DNA from: Candidatus Saccharimonadia bacterium
GTDB lineage: Bacteria; Patescibacteriota; Saccharimonadia; UBA4664
Length of the DNA stretch: 48,964 nucleotides
Reading direction: 5' to 3'
NCBI GenBank assembly: GCA_041743505.1
Contig: JBGTMQ010000008.1
Coordinates: 135,183 to 184,146, forward strand
In this document: positions 29,107 through 38,098 of the stretch, in pieces
Position numbering within the stretch: the stretch's first letter is position 1
Layout of the letters: each line of letters starts with the position of its first letter
Position numbers and translations under genes: made by a program
The notes under the pieces: model-generated
Database searches by the model: none
Told to the model about the DNA's origin: nothing
Seen by the model: the letters and a program-made list of their open reading frames with translations, nothing else

Positions 29107-29203
29107 CCCAGACGCTGGTTACCGGGTCCGGGCCTCCTCGTTACTGAGGCCCACTTTCCCAGCCACCAAATCAACCGGGTTTGATTGTTAGGAGAGTAAC
29201 GTA

Positions 29204-29914
29204 TCAAAATTCCGCTTTTTTATACCGGTGCAATTCCTCTACAAAGGAGGCCTGCGCTTCAGCTACCGCCATTTCGGTCTCGAAACTAGCAAACTTTTTA
29301 TCCAGTACCTCAACCTCATCCCGCGACATCCATGCGTTGCGGCCGCCCTCAAACCGCTCAATCAAAGTACCCTGCAAGTCAAAGCATTTAACAACAAAGA
29401 AAATCTTATCCTCGAGCATTTCACCAGTCTCTTCCTGGTACGTATGTTCGTGGTAAATTCCCATAAATTTATGCCTGGCCTTCAAACCAGTCTCTTCCTC
29501 AAGCTCCCGGGCGGCAGCCTCCAATATCGTCTCACCCCAGCGAATCTTGCCCCCAGGCAATCCCCAGTAGCCAAAATATGGCTGCTTCAACCGTTCTTGA
29601 AACAAGTACAGCGTCTGGCCATCTACCATCATAGACGTCGCCAAAAGTACCGCCGCTTTTGGCTGCCTCTCAATAGTATTGTTATCAGTATCAAGCTTAT
29701 TGGCATATTCTTTGCCCCTAGGCGTCAGATGATAACGGCCGCGTTGTCTTCGCTCCACTAGGCCTATGTCCATTAAGCGCTTGATATGAAAATTAAAATG
29801 ATCACTCGCTAGCCCGGTCGGTTTTTGCAATTGGGTATAACCGGCATCCGGCCGAAACAACAACTCCCGCAAAATACTCGTCTGAGCATCATGAATATTT
29901 ACCTCAACACCCAT
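29204..29914 (-). CDS. winged-HTH + NUDIX fusion protein
   Basis: start at ATG 29914 behind AGGAG; N-terminal FNFHIKRL..GLV...GRY.LT..G; Nudix box GGKIRWGETILEAAARELEEETG. Confidence 0.88.
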   Translation of the reverse strand: MGVEVNIHDAQTSILRELLFRPDAGYTQLQKPTGLASDHFNFHIKRLMDIGLVERRQRGRYHLTPRGKEYANKLDTDNNTIERQPKAAVLLATSMMVDGQTLYLFQERLKQPYFGYWGLPGGKIRWGETILEAAARELEEETGLKARHKFMGIYHEHTYQEETGEMLEDKIFFVVKCFDLQGTLIERFEGGRNAWMSRDEVEVLDKKFASFETEMAVAEAQASFVEELHRYKKAEF

Positions 29915-30040
29915 CGGTGGTCTCCTTATAGCTTGGAGCGATAGTAGCGCATAACGGCTTCTTTCAACTAGTAAAGTCAACTTTAGGAACCGCTCGAATG
30001 GACAGGGAATCAAAACGTCCACTCTGCTAAAATATAGGGT

Positions 30041-30640
30041 ATGCAAATCGTTCCATCGTCAGTTGAGCGCCTCATTGAAGAACTAGGTAAACTGCCCGGC
30101 GTCGGGCCACGTACAGCCGAGCGGCTAGCCTTTCATCTGCTCAAAAACGACCCGTTGCGTAGTGCCGCCCTTGGAACCGCCATAGCCGAGCTACATGCCG
30201 GCGTCCGCTCATGCAGGGATTGCCACAATTTCTCGCAAAATGACCTCTGTGCCGTCTGTTCTGCAGGCAGCCGCGACAAGCACATTGTCGCTGTAGTCGA
30301 GGAGCCGTTCGACGTCGTGGCCATCGAGAAGACCGGCTTGTACAAAGGGCTCTACCACGTCCTCGGCGGCGTCATTTCGCCCATCGACGGCGTCGGCCCG
30401 GACCGGCTGGAGATAGCCAGTCTCCTTAGGCGTGTACAGGAAACCGGCGTCCAGGAAGTCATCCTGGCCACCAACCCATCTCTGGAAGGTGAATCCACCG
30501 CCATGTACATCCGCACCACCCTCGAACCAGCCGGCGTCACTCTAACACGCCTGGCTCGGGGCCTCCCCGTCGGCGGCGATCTGGAATACGCTGATCAAAT
30601 TACCCTAGGCCGCGCCCTCCAGGGCCGTCAAGCGTTCTAA
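30041..30640 (+). CDS. recR: recombination protein RecR
   Basis: LPGVGPRTAERLA, C4 zinc finger, YHVLGG.ISP.DG, EVILATNP..EGE. Confidence 0.98.
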   Translation: MQIVPSSVERLIEELGKLPGVGPRTAERLAFHLLKNDPLRSAALGTAIAELHAGVRSCRDCHNFSQNDLCAVCSAGSRDKHIVAVVEEPFDVVAIEKTGLYKGLYHVLGGVISPIDGVGPDRLEIASLLRRVQETGVQEVILATNPSLEGESTAMYIRTTLEPAGVTLTRLARGLPVGGDLEYADQITLGRALQGRQAF

Positions 30641-30663
30641 CATCGAACCTGCACGGCTTATTA

Positions 30664-30692
30664 TTGACAAGTATAGGTATGTATGCTATAAT
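30664..30692 (+). promoter_or_regulatory. perfect consensus sigma70 promoter
   Basis: TTGACA-17-TATAAT with extended -10 TG. Confidence 0.85.
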
Positions 30693-30728
30693 TAATATAA
30701 GCACCTACCATTCCGAGAGAAGGTCAAA

Positions 30729-31247
30729 ATGGCCCCGAATGTCCCGGCTACAGCTGAACTGATCCGGTCAGTATTAGCGCTGCTGGCTATGAGAGCCGAA
30801 TTCGATGTCGCATGCGCAGACCAATCCCGCCTTGAACAGCAGTCGGATAAGGAATGTGAGCTGACGCGACAACACCGGCTCACCGAGTTTATGCGCAGCG
30901 AGGTTGCAAACGCCCGCTATAAATTGGCCCGGAACCTAGTGGGTGCCATGAGCTCTACTCGTCATACCAAACCCTGGTTGCATGCGTTCATGGTCGAAGA
31001 ATTCGCCGGACAACGGGTCTTAATCCATGAAGATGGAGGACGGCGGTACGTTTACACCAGCGCCGAGGCCTGGGCTGAAATTCTCAGAGCAGACACCCGC
31101 TTGATCCCACGGGAACGCAAAATGCGGGCCGCTACTGACGATGACTGGTTGACTCTAGAAGCCGTACTGCCTCAGCTACTCGGATACATGACCACTCCCG
31201 ACATTCTGGCCCAAGGTAAAGCCGCCACGACAGCCATGAATGCCTAA
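30729..31247 (+). CDS. hypothetical protein
   Basis: flanked by a consensus promoter and a terminator; 172 aa. Confidence 0.75.
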   Translation: MAPNVPATAELIRSVLALLAMRAEFDVACADQSRLEQQSDKECELTRQHRLTEFMRSEVANARYKLARNLVGAMSSTRHTKPWLHAFMVEEFAGQRVLIHEDGGRRYVYTSAEAWAEILRADTRLIPRERKMRAATDDDWLTLEAVLPQLLGYMTTPDILAQGKAATTAMNA

Positions 31248-31263
31248 TAATTACCGGTGCTTC

Positions 31264-31305
31264 AAAGCCCACGAGACAGACATAGCATCTGACTCGTGGG
31301 CTTTT
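31264..31305 (+). terminator. intrinsic terminator
   Basis: AAAGCCCACGAG / CTCGTGGGCTTTT. Confidence 0.8.
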
Positions 31306-31339
31306 CTCACTATTAACAGCCGCGTGGTAAGATATCTCA

Positions 31340-32353
31340 ATGAAATCAACCGAAATCCAAGCCAATATTAAAAAACTCGGCCGCCTCGTGGACGATGCCC
31401 AAACCATCGTCGTCCTCCAGCCCGAAAAACCCGACACCGATTCACTTTGTTCGGCTCTCGTGCTAGAGCACTTGCTAGGCGACCTCGGCAAAGACATCAC
31501 GCTCTACTGCCAGGACGAAGTCCCGCCATACATCAATTATTTCGAAGGCGTCGACCGCCTCACCGACGAGCTACCCAACAAATTCGACCTGGCCATCCTA
31601 GTCGACACTGGTGGCGCCCAACAAGTCGCCCGGACCATGGAAAAACACCAAGGCCGGCTGGCCGCCAAGCCATTCGTGATCATCGACCACCACGCCACCC
31701 GCACCCCACTGCCATTTGCCACGATCGACATCGTCGACGCCCAAAGCGCCGCCACCGGTGAATTACTAGTCAAGATTGCCACCCAGCTTGGTTGGAAACT
31801 AGGCGCCGAAGCCGCCAGCCTGGTCGTGCCGGCCATCACCGCCGACACCCTCGGGCTCACCACACCCAGTGTCCGGGCCAACACCGTGCACACCGTTGGC
31901 ACAATGGTTGAACTAGGCGCCAACCTCTACGAGCTCAATCAGGCCCGGCTAGCCGCCGGCGCCATGGACCCCGACGTTCTCACCCTCAAAGGCCGTCTGC
32001 TGCAAGAAGTAGAATTCTTGCTCGACGGCAAGCTAGCCCTCCTGACCGTCGGTCCAGCCATCCTCAAAGACTATGCCAAGCGCTACGATCCTGCCGCCCT
32101 TGTAATCTATGACATGCAGCATGTCCGGGGCGTCGAGCTGGCGATAGTTATTCGCAATTATGCCCCCAAACTCAAACTCAGTCTCCGCGCCAACTCACCC
32201 GTAGCCGCCCCGGTAGCCGAAGCCTTTGGCGGCGGGGGACACCCTCAGGCGGCCGGCGCCACTATCGAAACTGGCCAACCGGAAGACATTCGCGCTAAAG
32301 TAATCGAAGTAACCAAAGAAATGCTTGCTAATGCGCCTGTACAACACCCTTAG
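31340..32353 (+). CDS. DHH/DHHA1 phosphoesterase (NrnA-like)
   Basis: PDTDS, VD, IIDHH, DT, SLR, FGGGGHPQAAG. Confidence 0.92.
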   Translation: MKSTEIQANIKKLGRLVDDAQTIVVLQPEKPDTDSLCSALVLEHLLGDLGKDITLYCQDEVPPYINYFEGVDRLTDELPNKFDLAILVDTGGAQQVARTMEKHQGRLAAKPFVIIDHHATRTPLPFATIDIVDAQSAATGELLVKIATQLGWKLGAEAASLVVPAITADTLGLTTPSVRANTVHTVGTMVELGANLYELNQARLAAGAMDPDVLTLKGRLLQEVEFLLDGKLALLTVGPAILKDYAKRYDPAALVIYDMQHVRGVELAIVIRNYAPKLKLSLRANSPVAAPVAEAFGGGGHPQAAGATIETGQPEDIRAKVIEVTKEMLANAPVQHP

Positions 32354-33779
32354 CCGTAAGGCCGTGGAATTCAAGCCCCATGACCCCAAAACGGTCAAAC
32401 TCTACACCTGCGGCCCGACCGTCTACAACTACTACCACATTGGCAACTTACGCAATGCCGTTTTTAATGACACCCTCCGCCGCGCTCTCAATCTAGTTGG
32501 CCATAATGTTCAGCACGTCATGAATATCACCGACGTCGGCCATCTTGTTAGTGACGGCGACGAAGGTGAAGACAAGCTCGAAAAAGGCGCACGGTCCGAA
32601 GGCAAAACCGTTTGGGAAGTTGCCGAGCACTACACCAAAGCCTTCAAAAACGATATGGCAGCAATGAACGTGCTGCCACCAAACGGATACAACAGCCCAA
32701 AGCATCATGATACCTACGCCCGCGCTACCGAATTCATCGCAGGACAACTCGACATGATTCAGCGTCTAATCGATAAAGGCCTAGCCTACCAGACCACCCA
32801 GGCCATCTACTTTGACGTCACCAAATTACCCGACTACGGCATCCTATCCGGCCAACGCCTGGCCGACAAAGAAGTTGCCGCCCGCAGCGAAGTAGTCACG
32901 GATTCCGAAAAGTATCACCCATATGACTTTGCCATATGGTTCTTCACCGTTGGTCATTTTGCAGATCACACCATGCATTGGCCTAGCCCCTGGGGCGAAG
33001 GTTTTCCGGGTTGGCACCTCGAATGCTCAGCCATTATTCATGGCACCCTCGGCGACCCCATTGATATTCATACCGGCGGTGTCGACCACATTGGCACTCA
33101 TCACCCGAACGAAATGGCCCAAACCCAAGGCGCATTTGGTCACGACTTGGCCAACTACTGGCTACATAACGAATTCATCCTCGTCGATGGCGCCAAGATG
33201 TCCAAGTCCAAGAACAACTCGTACACTCTGAAGCAAATCACCGATAAGGGCTTTCATCCACTCGCTCTGCGCTTGCTTTACCTGCAATCGCATTATCGCT
33301 CAGAGCTCAACTTTAGCTGGAAAGCACTCGAGGCTGCTCAAAATGCATTGCTCAATATTTACGCCTGGGCTGATCTCCGCCACCAAACAACCACCGGCAT
33401 TATGCCGGCAGAACTCGATGAGCTATTTCGTGACACCCGGCGTGGCATGCTCGCAGCCATTGAAGAGGATCTCAATACTCCAGTAGCCCTCGCCACGCTC
33501 GGAAAACTCGTTATGTACATGACAAATATTCCCATCCCTGGCGTTGAAGGAAAATACACCGACGGAACCTTAGGCTTCATCGATGATCTGCTCGGGTTAA
33601 ACCTTGCCAACCGCCCGGACATCACCCCGGCACAAAAACAACTCATCGCCAATCGCGAAACCACCCGCCAGGCCAAAGACTGGTCCAAAGCTGACGAGCT
33701 ACGCAGCCAATTATCCGCTCACCACCTCGAAATTGACGACACTCCAGCCGGCCCGCGCTGGCGCCGCACTTATCTGTAA
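32331..33779 (+). CDS. cysS: cysteine--tRNA ligase
   Basis: YTCGPTVY, HIGN, PGWHLECS, HHPNE, KMSKS. Confidence 0.98.
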   Translation: MRLYNTLSRKAVEFKPHDPKTVKLYTCGPTVYNYYHIGNLRNAVFNDTLRRALNLVGHNVQHVMNITDVGHLVSDGDEGEDKLEKGARSEGKTVWEVAEHYTKAFKNDMAAMNVLPPNGYNSPKHHDTYARATEFIAGQLDMIQRLIDKGLAYQTTQAIYFDVTKLPDYGILSGQRLADKEVAARSEVVTDSEKYHPYDFAIWFFTVGHFADHTMHWPSPWGEGFPGWHLECSAIIHGTLGDPIDIHTGGVDHIGTHHPNEMAQTQGAFGHDLANYWLHNEFILVDGAKMSKSKNNSYTLKQITDKGFHPLALRLLYLQSHYRSELNFSWKALEAAQNALLNIYAWADLRHQTTTGIMPAELDELFRDTRRGMLAAIEEDLNTPVALATLGKLVMYMTNIPIPGVEGKYTDGTLGFIDDLLGLNLANRPDITPAQKQLIANRETTRQAKDWSKADELRSQLSAHHLEIDDTPAGPRWRRTYL

Positions 33780-33782
33780 GTC

Positions 33783-33885
33783 AGTACTCTCCCGAGGAGA
33801 GTACTCATATTTCGAAGCACAAATTATAGTCTGGCATAAGCAAAAAAGCCGACCTAATTTGCCATACTCTCCTCAGGAGAGTATG
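33783..33885. promoter_or_regulatory. two palindromic operators (TACTCTCC-N3-GGAGAGTA) upstream of PadR
   Basis: copies at 33783-33805 and 33863-33885; the second fills the spacer of TTGCCA-17-TATGCT. Confidence 0.8.
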
Positions 33886-33898
33886 CTACCGGGAGCTT

Positions 33899-34198
33899 AT
33901 GAAAACTTCTCTCACACCAATGACCACCTACATCTTACTGGCCCTTACCCACGGCGATATGCCTGCAGCCGCAATCTACAGACAAATTGGCAACGATTCC
34001 CAAAGCACCTTTCTTCCTAGTGAAGCCCCGCTCTACAAAGCGCTAAACCGGATGCTCCGCGAAAACCTCATCGCGAAATCCGTATTAAGCGCACCCCAAC
34101 GCCGAATCTTTACGCTAACCCCAAACGGGCGCAAACAACTAAAGCTCGAGCAAGCGCGTATCAGCCGCCTTTCCCAAGTCTTACACGACCAATTATAA
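33899..34198 (+). CDS. PadR-family transcriptional regulator
   Basis: ILLAL..G, LYKALNRM...LI, RR.F.LT..GR..L..E. Confidence 0.85.
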   Translation: MKTSLTPMTTYILLALTHGDMPAAAIYRQIGNDSQSTFLPSEAPLYKALNRMLRENLIAKSVLSAPQRRIFTLTPNGRKQLKLEQARISRLSQVLHDQL

Positions 34199-34427
34199 TA
34201 TCATCGTCGGCTTACAGTGCAGCAAGGTGATCTAACAAGAATCCCGCTGCATAATCTAATTGAGCCACAACTTCCCATAGCACTATGTCTAAAATCATAG
34301 CCAATATTGGAACCGCTTCTTGTGATATTTTTTAACGAATTAGATGTTCTGCGGGCGCTAAACTTAATTCCATGTATGTGTTAACGTAAGGCAATATGCC
34401 CGGCAAAAGCTAAGGGAGAGTACTGAT

Positions 34428-35594
34428 TTGAGCGGTTCTAGCGGCGCTAAGCGCATCACAGCCAATCCGCAATCGTTCGAAACCCTGATGACCGAGCTCG
34501 CAAAGACTCAGGCTATGCTTCATGAAAACCGCATCCGCACCGAAGCTATGATCAATAGCTTAGGCGAGGGCTTAATCGCCATGGATATAAACGGCCAGAT
34601 TACCACCATAAACCATTACGCCGTTAACTCACTTGGCTATGATGAAGACGAACTAATTGGTGCCTGGTTTCCCAAAGTCTTCCAAGCCGTTGACCAATAT
34701 CACCAACCCATCGACCAATTAGCCAGACCCATCATCAGAGCGCTCACCAGCGGACAGGCTGTATCAGAGCGACTCTACTATATCAAAAAAGACGGTACGC
34801 ACATGCCGGTTTTCGTCACCGTCTCCCCAATCCTGATGCATGGGCGGCCCATTGGAGCCATCGAGGTATTCCGGGATCTAACCCAGGAACACGAACTAGA
34901 TCTCGCCAAAGAGGAATTTGTATCATTAGCCTCGCACCAGCTCCGCACCCCGGCTACCGGCGTCATGACAATCTTGTCTATGTTAGCCGCCGAAGATTTC
35001 GGCCCTCTCAACGAGCGTCAGCAAACCTACATCCAAAAAGCCATTCGCACCAATGACCGCCAGCTTCAAATTATCGAGGACCTCTTAAATGCCGCCCGGG
35101 TAGACGCTGGTAAAATGCAACTAGACCCTCAGCAAGCCGACATTGTGAGTGTACTCTCAGAAGTCGTAGCTGATCACCAAGCTATTATCAAGTCACGCTC
35201 TCAAGCTGTGCATCTCGAAGCTCCCAAAAGCTACCAGATGATGTTTGACGTCCAAAAAATGCGTATGGTATTCGATAACCTCATCTCAAATGCTAGCAAA
35301 TATTCTCATGCCGGCAGCGACATCGACGTTATTTTCAAAATCAAAACTGATTACGCCATACTATCGGTCCGTGACTATGGGGTAGGCATCTCTCAAAACG
35401 ACAGCGCCCGCTTATTCACCAAGTTTACCCGCATCGACAACGAACTCTCTGCAGCAGTCGGTGGCACCGGATTAGGGCTCTTTTTAGTCAAGGGTGTCGT
35501 TGAATTACACCACGGCAATATCGCCGTCACCTCAATACCCGGACAAGGCAGCACGTTCCTGATCCGCATTCCGACCAATTTGGAGAACCGTTAA
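34428..35594 (+). CDS. cytoplasmic PAS histidine kinase
   Basis: PAS region, ASHQLRTP, NLISNASKYS, DYGVGI, GGTGLGL; no TM helix. Confidence 0.93.
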   Translation: MSGSSGAKRITANPQSFETLMTELAKTQAMLHENRIRTEAMINSLGEGLIAMDINGQITTINHYAVNSLGYDEDELIGAWFPKVFQAVDQYHQPIDQLARPIIRALTSGQAVSERLYYIKKDGTHMPVFVTVSPILMHGRPIGAIEVFRDLTQEHELDLAKEEFVSLASHQLRTPATGVMTILSMLAAEDFGPLNERQQTYIQKAIRTNDRQLQIIEDLLNAARVDAGKMQLDPQQADIVSVLSEVVADHQAIIKSRSQAVHLEAPKSYQMMFDVQKMRMVFDNLISNASKYSHAGSDIDVIFKIKTDYAILSVRDYGVGISQNDSARLFTKFTRIDNELSAAVGGTGLGLFLVKGVVELHHGNIAVTSIPGQGSTFLIRIPTNLENR

Positions 35595-36538
35595 TGGCCA
35601 GGTTGGAGCCCAACATCGACGAGTCCAAAGAGTGGCCATATACCACCGGCGCTTATATAGTGTTGGTGGCTTGTGGACTTGCATATTTAATAGGCTCACT
35701 GCTAGCCCCCCAAACAGCTGCCACCATAGCTTTTCAAATGGCGCCTGCCCAACGAGTAACCATGCAGCTCAGTATCATCATTCCAGTTCTTATTGTTTGG
35801 ATAATAGCCCTCAGGGCAGCTCTCACCTTTAAAAACTATTCCCGAATCATTGAGGGCAGTCCCGAAGCCCGCGGAGTTGGCCGCATAGCTGATGGCTTGA
35901 TGTGGTTAGTTGCTTACTTAGTTCTTACCAGTATTCTGAGTGTCGCAACCCAGTACTTCGTGGGTTCATCGTGGTTATGGATGATAGTAGCCATCAAGAA
36001 TCATTTGCCGGTTATAGCAAGCCTCATCGCTTTTTTCTTGATATTTCAGGGGTCACTGACTCTCAAGGCTATGACTGATGCCAACAATCAACAGGGTACC
36101 CCTGTTTGGCTCATAATCCTCTTTGGTATCTTTGCCGCCGCACTCGCCTGGCTATTCGCCGTCAGCCCAGTCGACACCGATCGTCCCATACCTATCTATG
36201 GATTGCCTCACGACGTCAACCTCTTTACAATGATCTTGCCACATACCTTGGCGTGGTTTATCGGCTTACTTGCATCCATAAACATCCTAAATTACACCCG
36301 CCATGTAAAAGGGTTGATCTATCGCCAGGCTTTGCGCCGTTTAGTATGGGGCATTTTGTCTGTAATCCTGTTTGCCGCTGTCCTACAATTATTAACGATC
36401 CTATCTAAGATATTCTCCTCACTTAGTCTCGGCCCGCTCTTGTTAATTGTCTATGTGCTGATAGTGCTCTATGGCATGGGATTCATCCTGGTGCATTTGG
36501 GCGCCAAGAAACTAACCCGGATTGAAGTGGTGCAATGA
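35594..36538 (+). CDS. polytopic membrane protein
   Basis: about 8 hydrophobic segments; start overlaps the kinase stop. Confidence 0.85.
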   Translation: MARLEPNIDESKEWPYTTGAYIVLVACGLAYLIGSLLAPQTAATIAFQMAPAQRVTMQLSIIIPVLIVWIIALRAALTFKNYSRIIEGSPEARGVGRIADGLMWLVAYLVLTSILSVATQYFVGSSWLWMIVAIKNHLPVIASLIAFFLIFQGSLTLKAMTDANNQQGTPVWLIILFGIFAAALAWLFAVSPVDTDRPIPIYGLPHDVNLFTMILPHTLAWFIGLLASINILNYTRHVKGLIYRQALRRLVWGILSVILFAAVLQLLTILSKIFSSLSLGPLLLIVYVLIVLYGMGFILVHLGAKKLTRIEVVQ

Positions 36539-36822
36539 GCGACCAGGACTACCAGCCAGGAGACCTCTACCACCAAGTGGTCAGTATTACCGAAGAATAT
36601 CTGGGCCCGGCCGCGCCCAGATTTGTAACCCGCCAGGTATCATTCCACCTCAATAAAACCCCCGAAGAACTCAGTATCGAAGACCTGCCAAAATTTGTAG
36701 AATGGGCCCACGTCACCTTCAGCCTTCTCACCGACGATCGCGAAACAGTCAACCGCTACGTTGCAGAGATCGGCCAGCTAGCTACGAAGCCTTGGCCCGG
36801 CGCCGCTCAACGAAATCTTTAA
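36535..36822 (+). CDS. small hypothetical protein coupled to the kinase operon
   Basis: ATGA overlap; YLGPAAPRFVTRQ...HLNK.PEEL. Confidence 0.8.
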   Translation: MSDQDYQPGDLYHQVVSITEEYLGPAAPRFVTRQVSFHLNKTPEELSIEDLPKFVEWAHVTFSLLTDDRETVNRYVAEIGQLATKPWPGAAQRNL

Positions 36823-37819
36823 TCAAAATCTGCAGGGAAGCGAAGACCGGAATCGCTACGATAGCTCCAACGATACCGCCAACCGCCGCGCCCATTAATA
36901 CCGAGACCAGAACAAGCAATGGCGAAATATCAACCGTTTTGCCATACACCACCGGCTGCAGGACATGGTTTTCCAACTGCTGGTAAATAACAAAAAATAT
37001 AGCCATAAAGATCAGTGCTGTCAGCGACGTAAACCCGGCCACTAGCAGCACCACGACAGCTCCAATCGTGGCTCCAATCAGCGGCAGCAGGTCCATAATT
37101 CCGACAAATATACCAAGCGGAATAGCAAATGGCACCCCTACGAGAGCCAAAGCCAACGCGGTCGTGACAGCCGCTATCAGACTGGTTAGGAGATTGCCAT
37201 TCACATACCCTGTCACCGAACGGTACATTTGATTGGCCAAATGCTCCAAGTGTTCACGCCGTGAATCGGGTACCGTCCGCCAAAAAGCCTTCACCCAAGC
37301 CGGCCCTTCCAACAACATAAAAAACGTCAGGGCCAGTATCGTAATACCCGCCACAACACTCGAGAACACACTACCCAACACGCCCACAAACTGGCTGCCC
37401 GCCGAAGAAGCATAGTTAGTAAGCTGATCCTGGCTATCCTTAATGCGGTCAACCAGCTGGAACTCGCGAATCAAATCGGGCACAAAGCCACTCCCATGGA
37501 CCAATTGATCGGTATACTTCGGTAAATCACGAGTCAACGCTGCTGTCTGCTGCACCAATGGCGGAACAAAGCTCACCACCAAGAATGTGAACACCAAGCC
37601 TACAAGTATAAATACTGTCCCAATCGCCAGACCCCGGTGCCGCCTCGGCATAAAACGGGTGACCCACTCTACTGCCGGATTGAACGCTACAGCCAAAAAG
37701 AAAGCTGTGCCAATCCATACCAGTTCATGCCGTGCCAAATAGCACAGCATCAAAACAGCAAAAAACCCGGTGGTGAGAGCCAGGATTTTAAGAATTGTTC
37801 GGCTCGGAATTTCCATCAT
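36782..37819 (-). CDS. AI-2E family transporter
   Basis: P.V.W, PLIGA.IG, YQQLENHVLQP.V.G, GIVGA.VAIP. Confidence 0.92.
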   Translation of the reverse strand: MMEIPSRTILKILALTTGFFAVLMLCYLARHELVWIGTAFFLAVAFNPAVEWVTRFMPRRHRGLAIGTVFILVGLVFTFLVVSFVPPLVQQTAALTRDLPKYTDQLVHGSGFVPDLIREFQLVDRIKDSQDQLTNYASSAGSQFVGVLGSVFSSVVAGITILALTFFMLLEGPAWVKAFWRTVPDSRREHLEHLANQMYRSVTGYVNGNLLTSLIAAVTTALALALVGVPFAIPLGIFVGIMDLLPLIGATIGAVVVLLVAGFTSLTALIFMAIFFVIYQQLENHVLQPVVYGKTVDISPLLVLVSVLMGAAVGGIVGAIVAIPVFASLQILIKDFVERRRAKAS

Positions 37820-37943
37820 ACTCGTTTATACCATATTTATTTAGTTATAGCTACCGTAAGCAACATCCGTTCTGCCATAAACTCGAAAGGTTTGTCCTGT
37901 GGGCCATTATAAGCTAAAATACCCAAGTTAAAACTCATATTAA

Positions 37944-38018
37944 TGGGGCGTGGCCAAGCGGTAAGGCACCAGGTTTTGGTCCTGGTATGCGCAGGTTCGA
38001 TCCCTGCCGCCCCAGCCA
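37944..38018 (+). tRNA. tRNA-Gln(TTG)
   Basis: acceptor TGGGGCG/CGCCCCA, anticodon arm CCAGG-ttTTGgt-CCTGG, GTTCGA T-loop, encoded CCA. Confidence 0.97.
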
Positions 38019-38098
38019 TGAAGAAATTATGGTTGATTTTAGCTCTAAATGACCCTCGTCTGATCTGTCAGCAGGGTCGTTTTTAGTAGGTTGGACTG

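Noticed and set aside
29915-30046. N-terminal extension of the wHTH-NUDIX ORF
   Set aside because: Overlaps the recR start and promoter; ATG 29914 has a good SD
37837-38019. 60-aa minus-strand ORF MAGAAGIEPAH...
   Set aside because: Typical antisense translation of a tRNA
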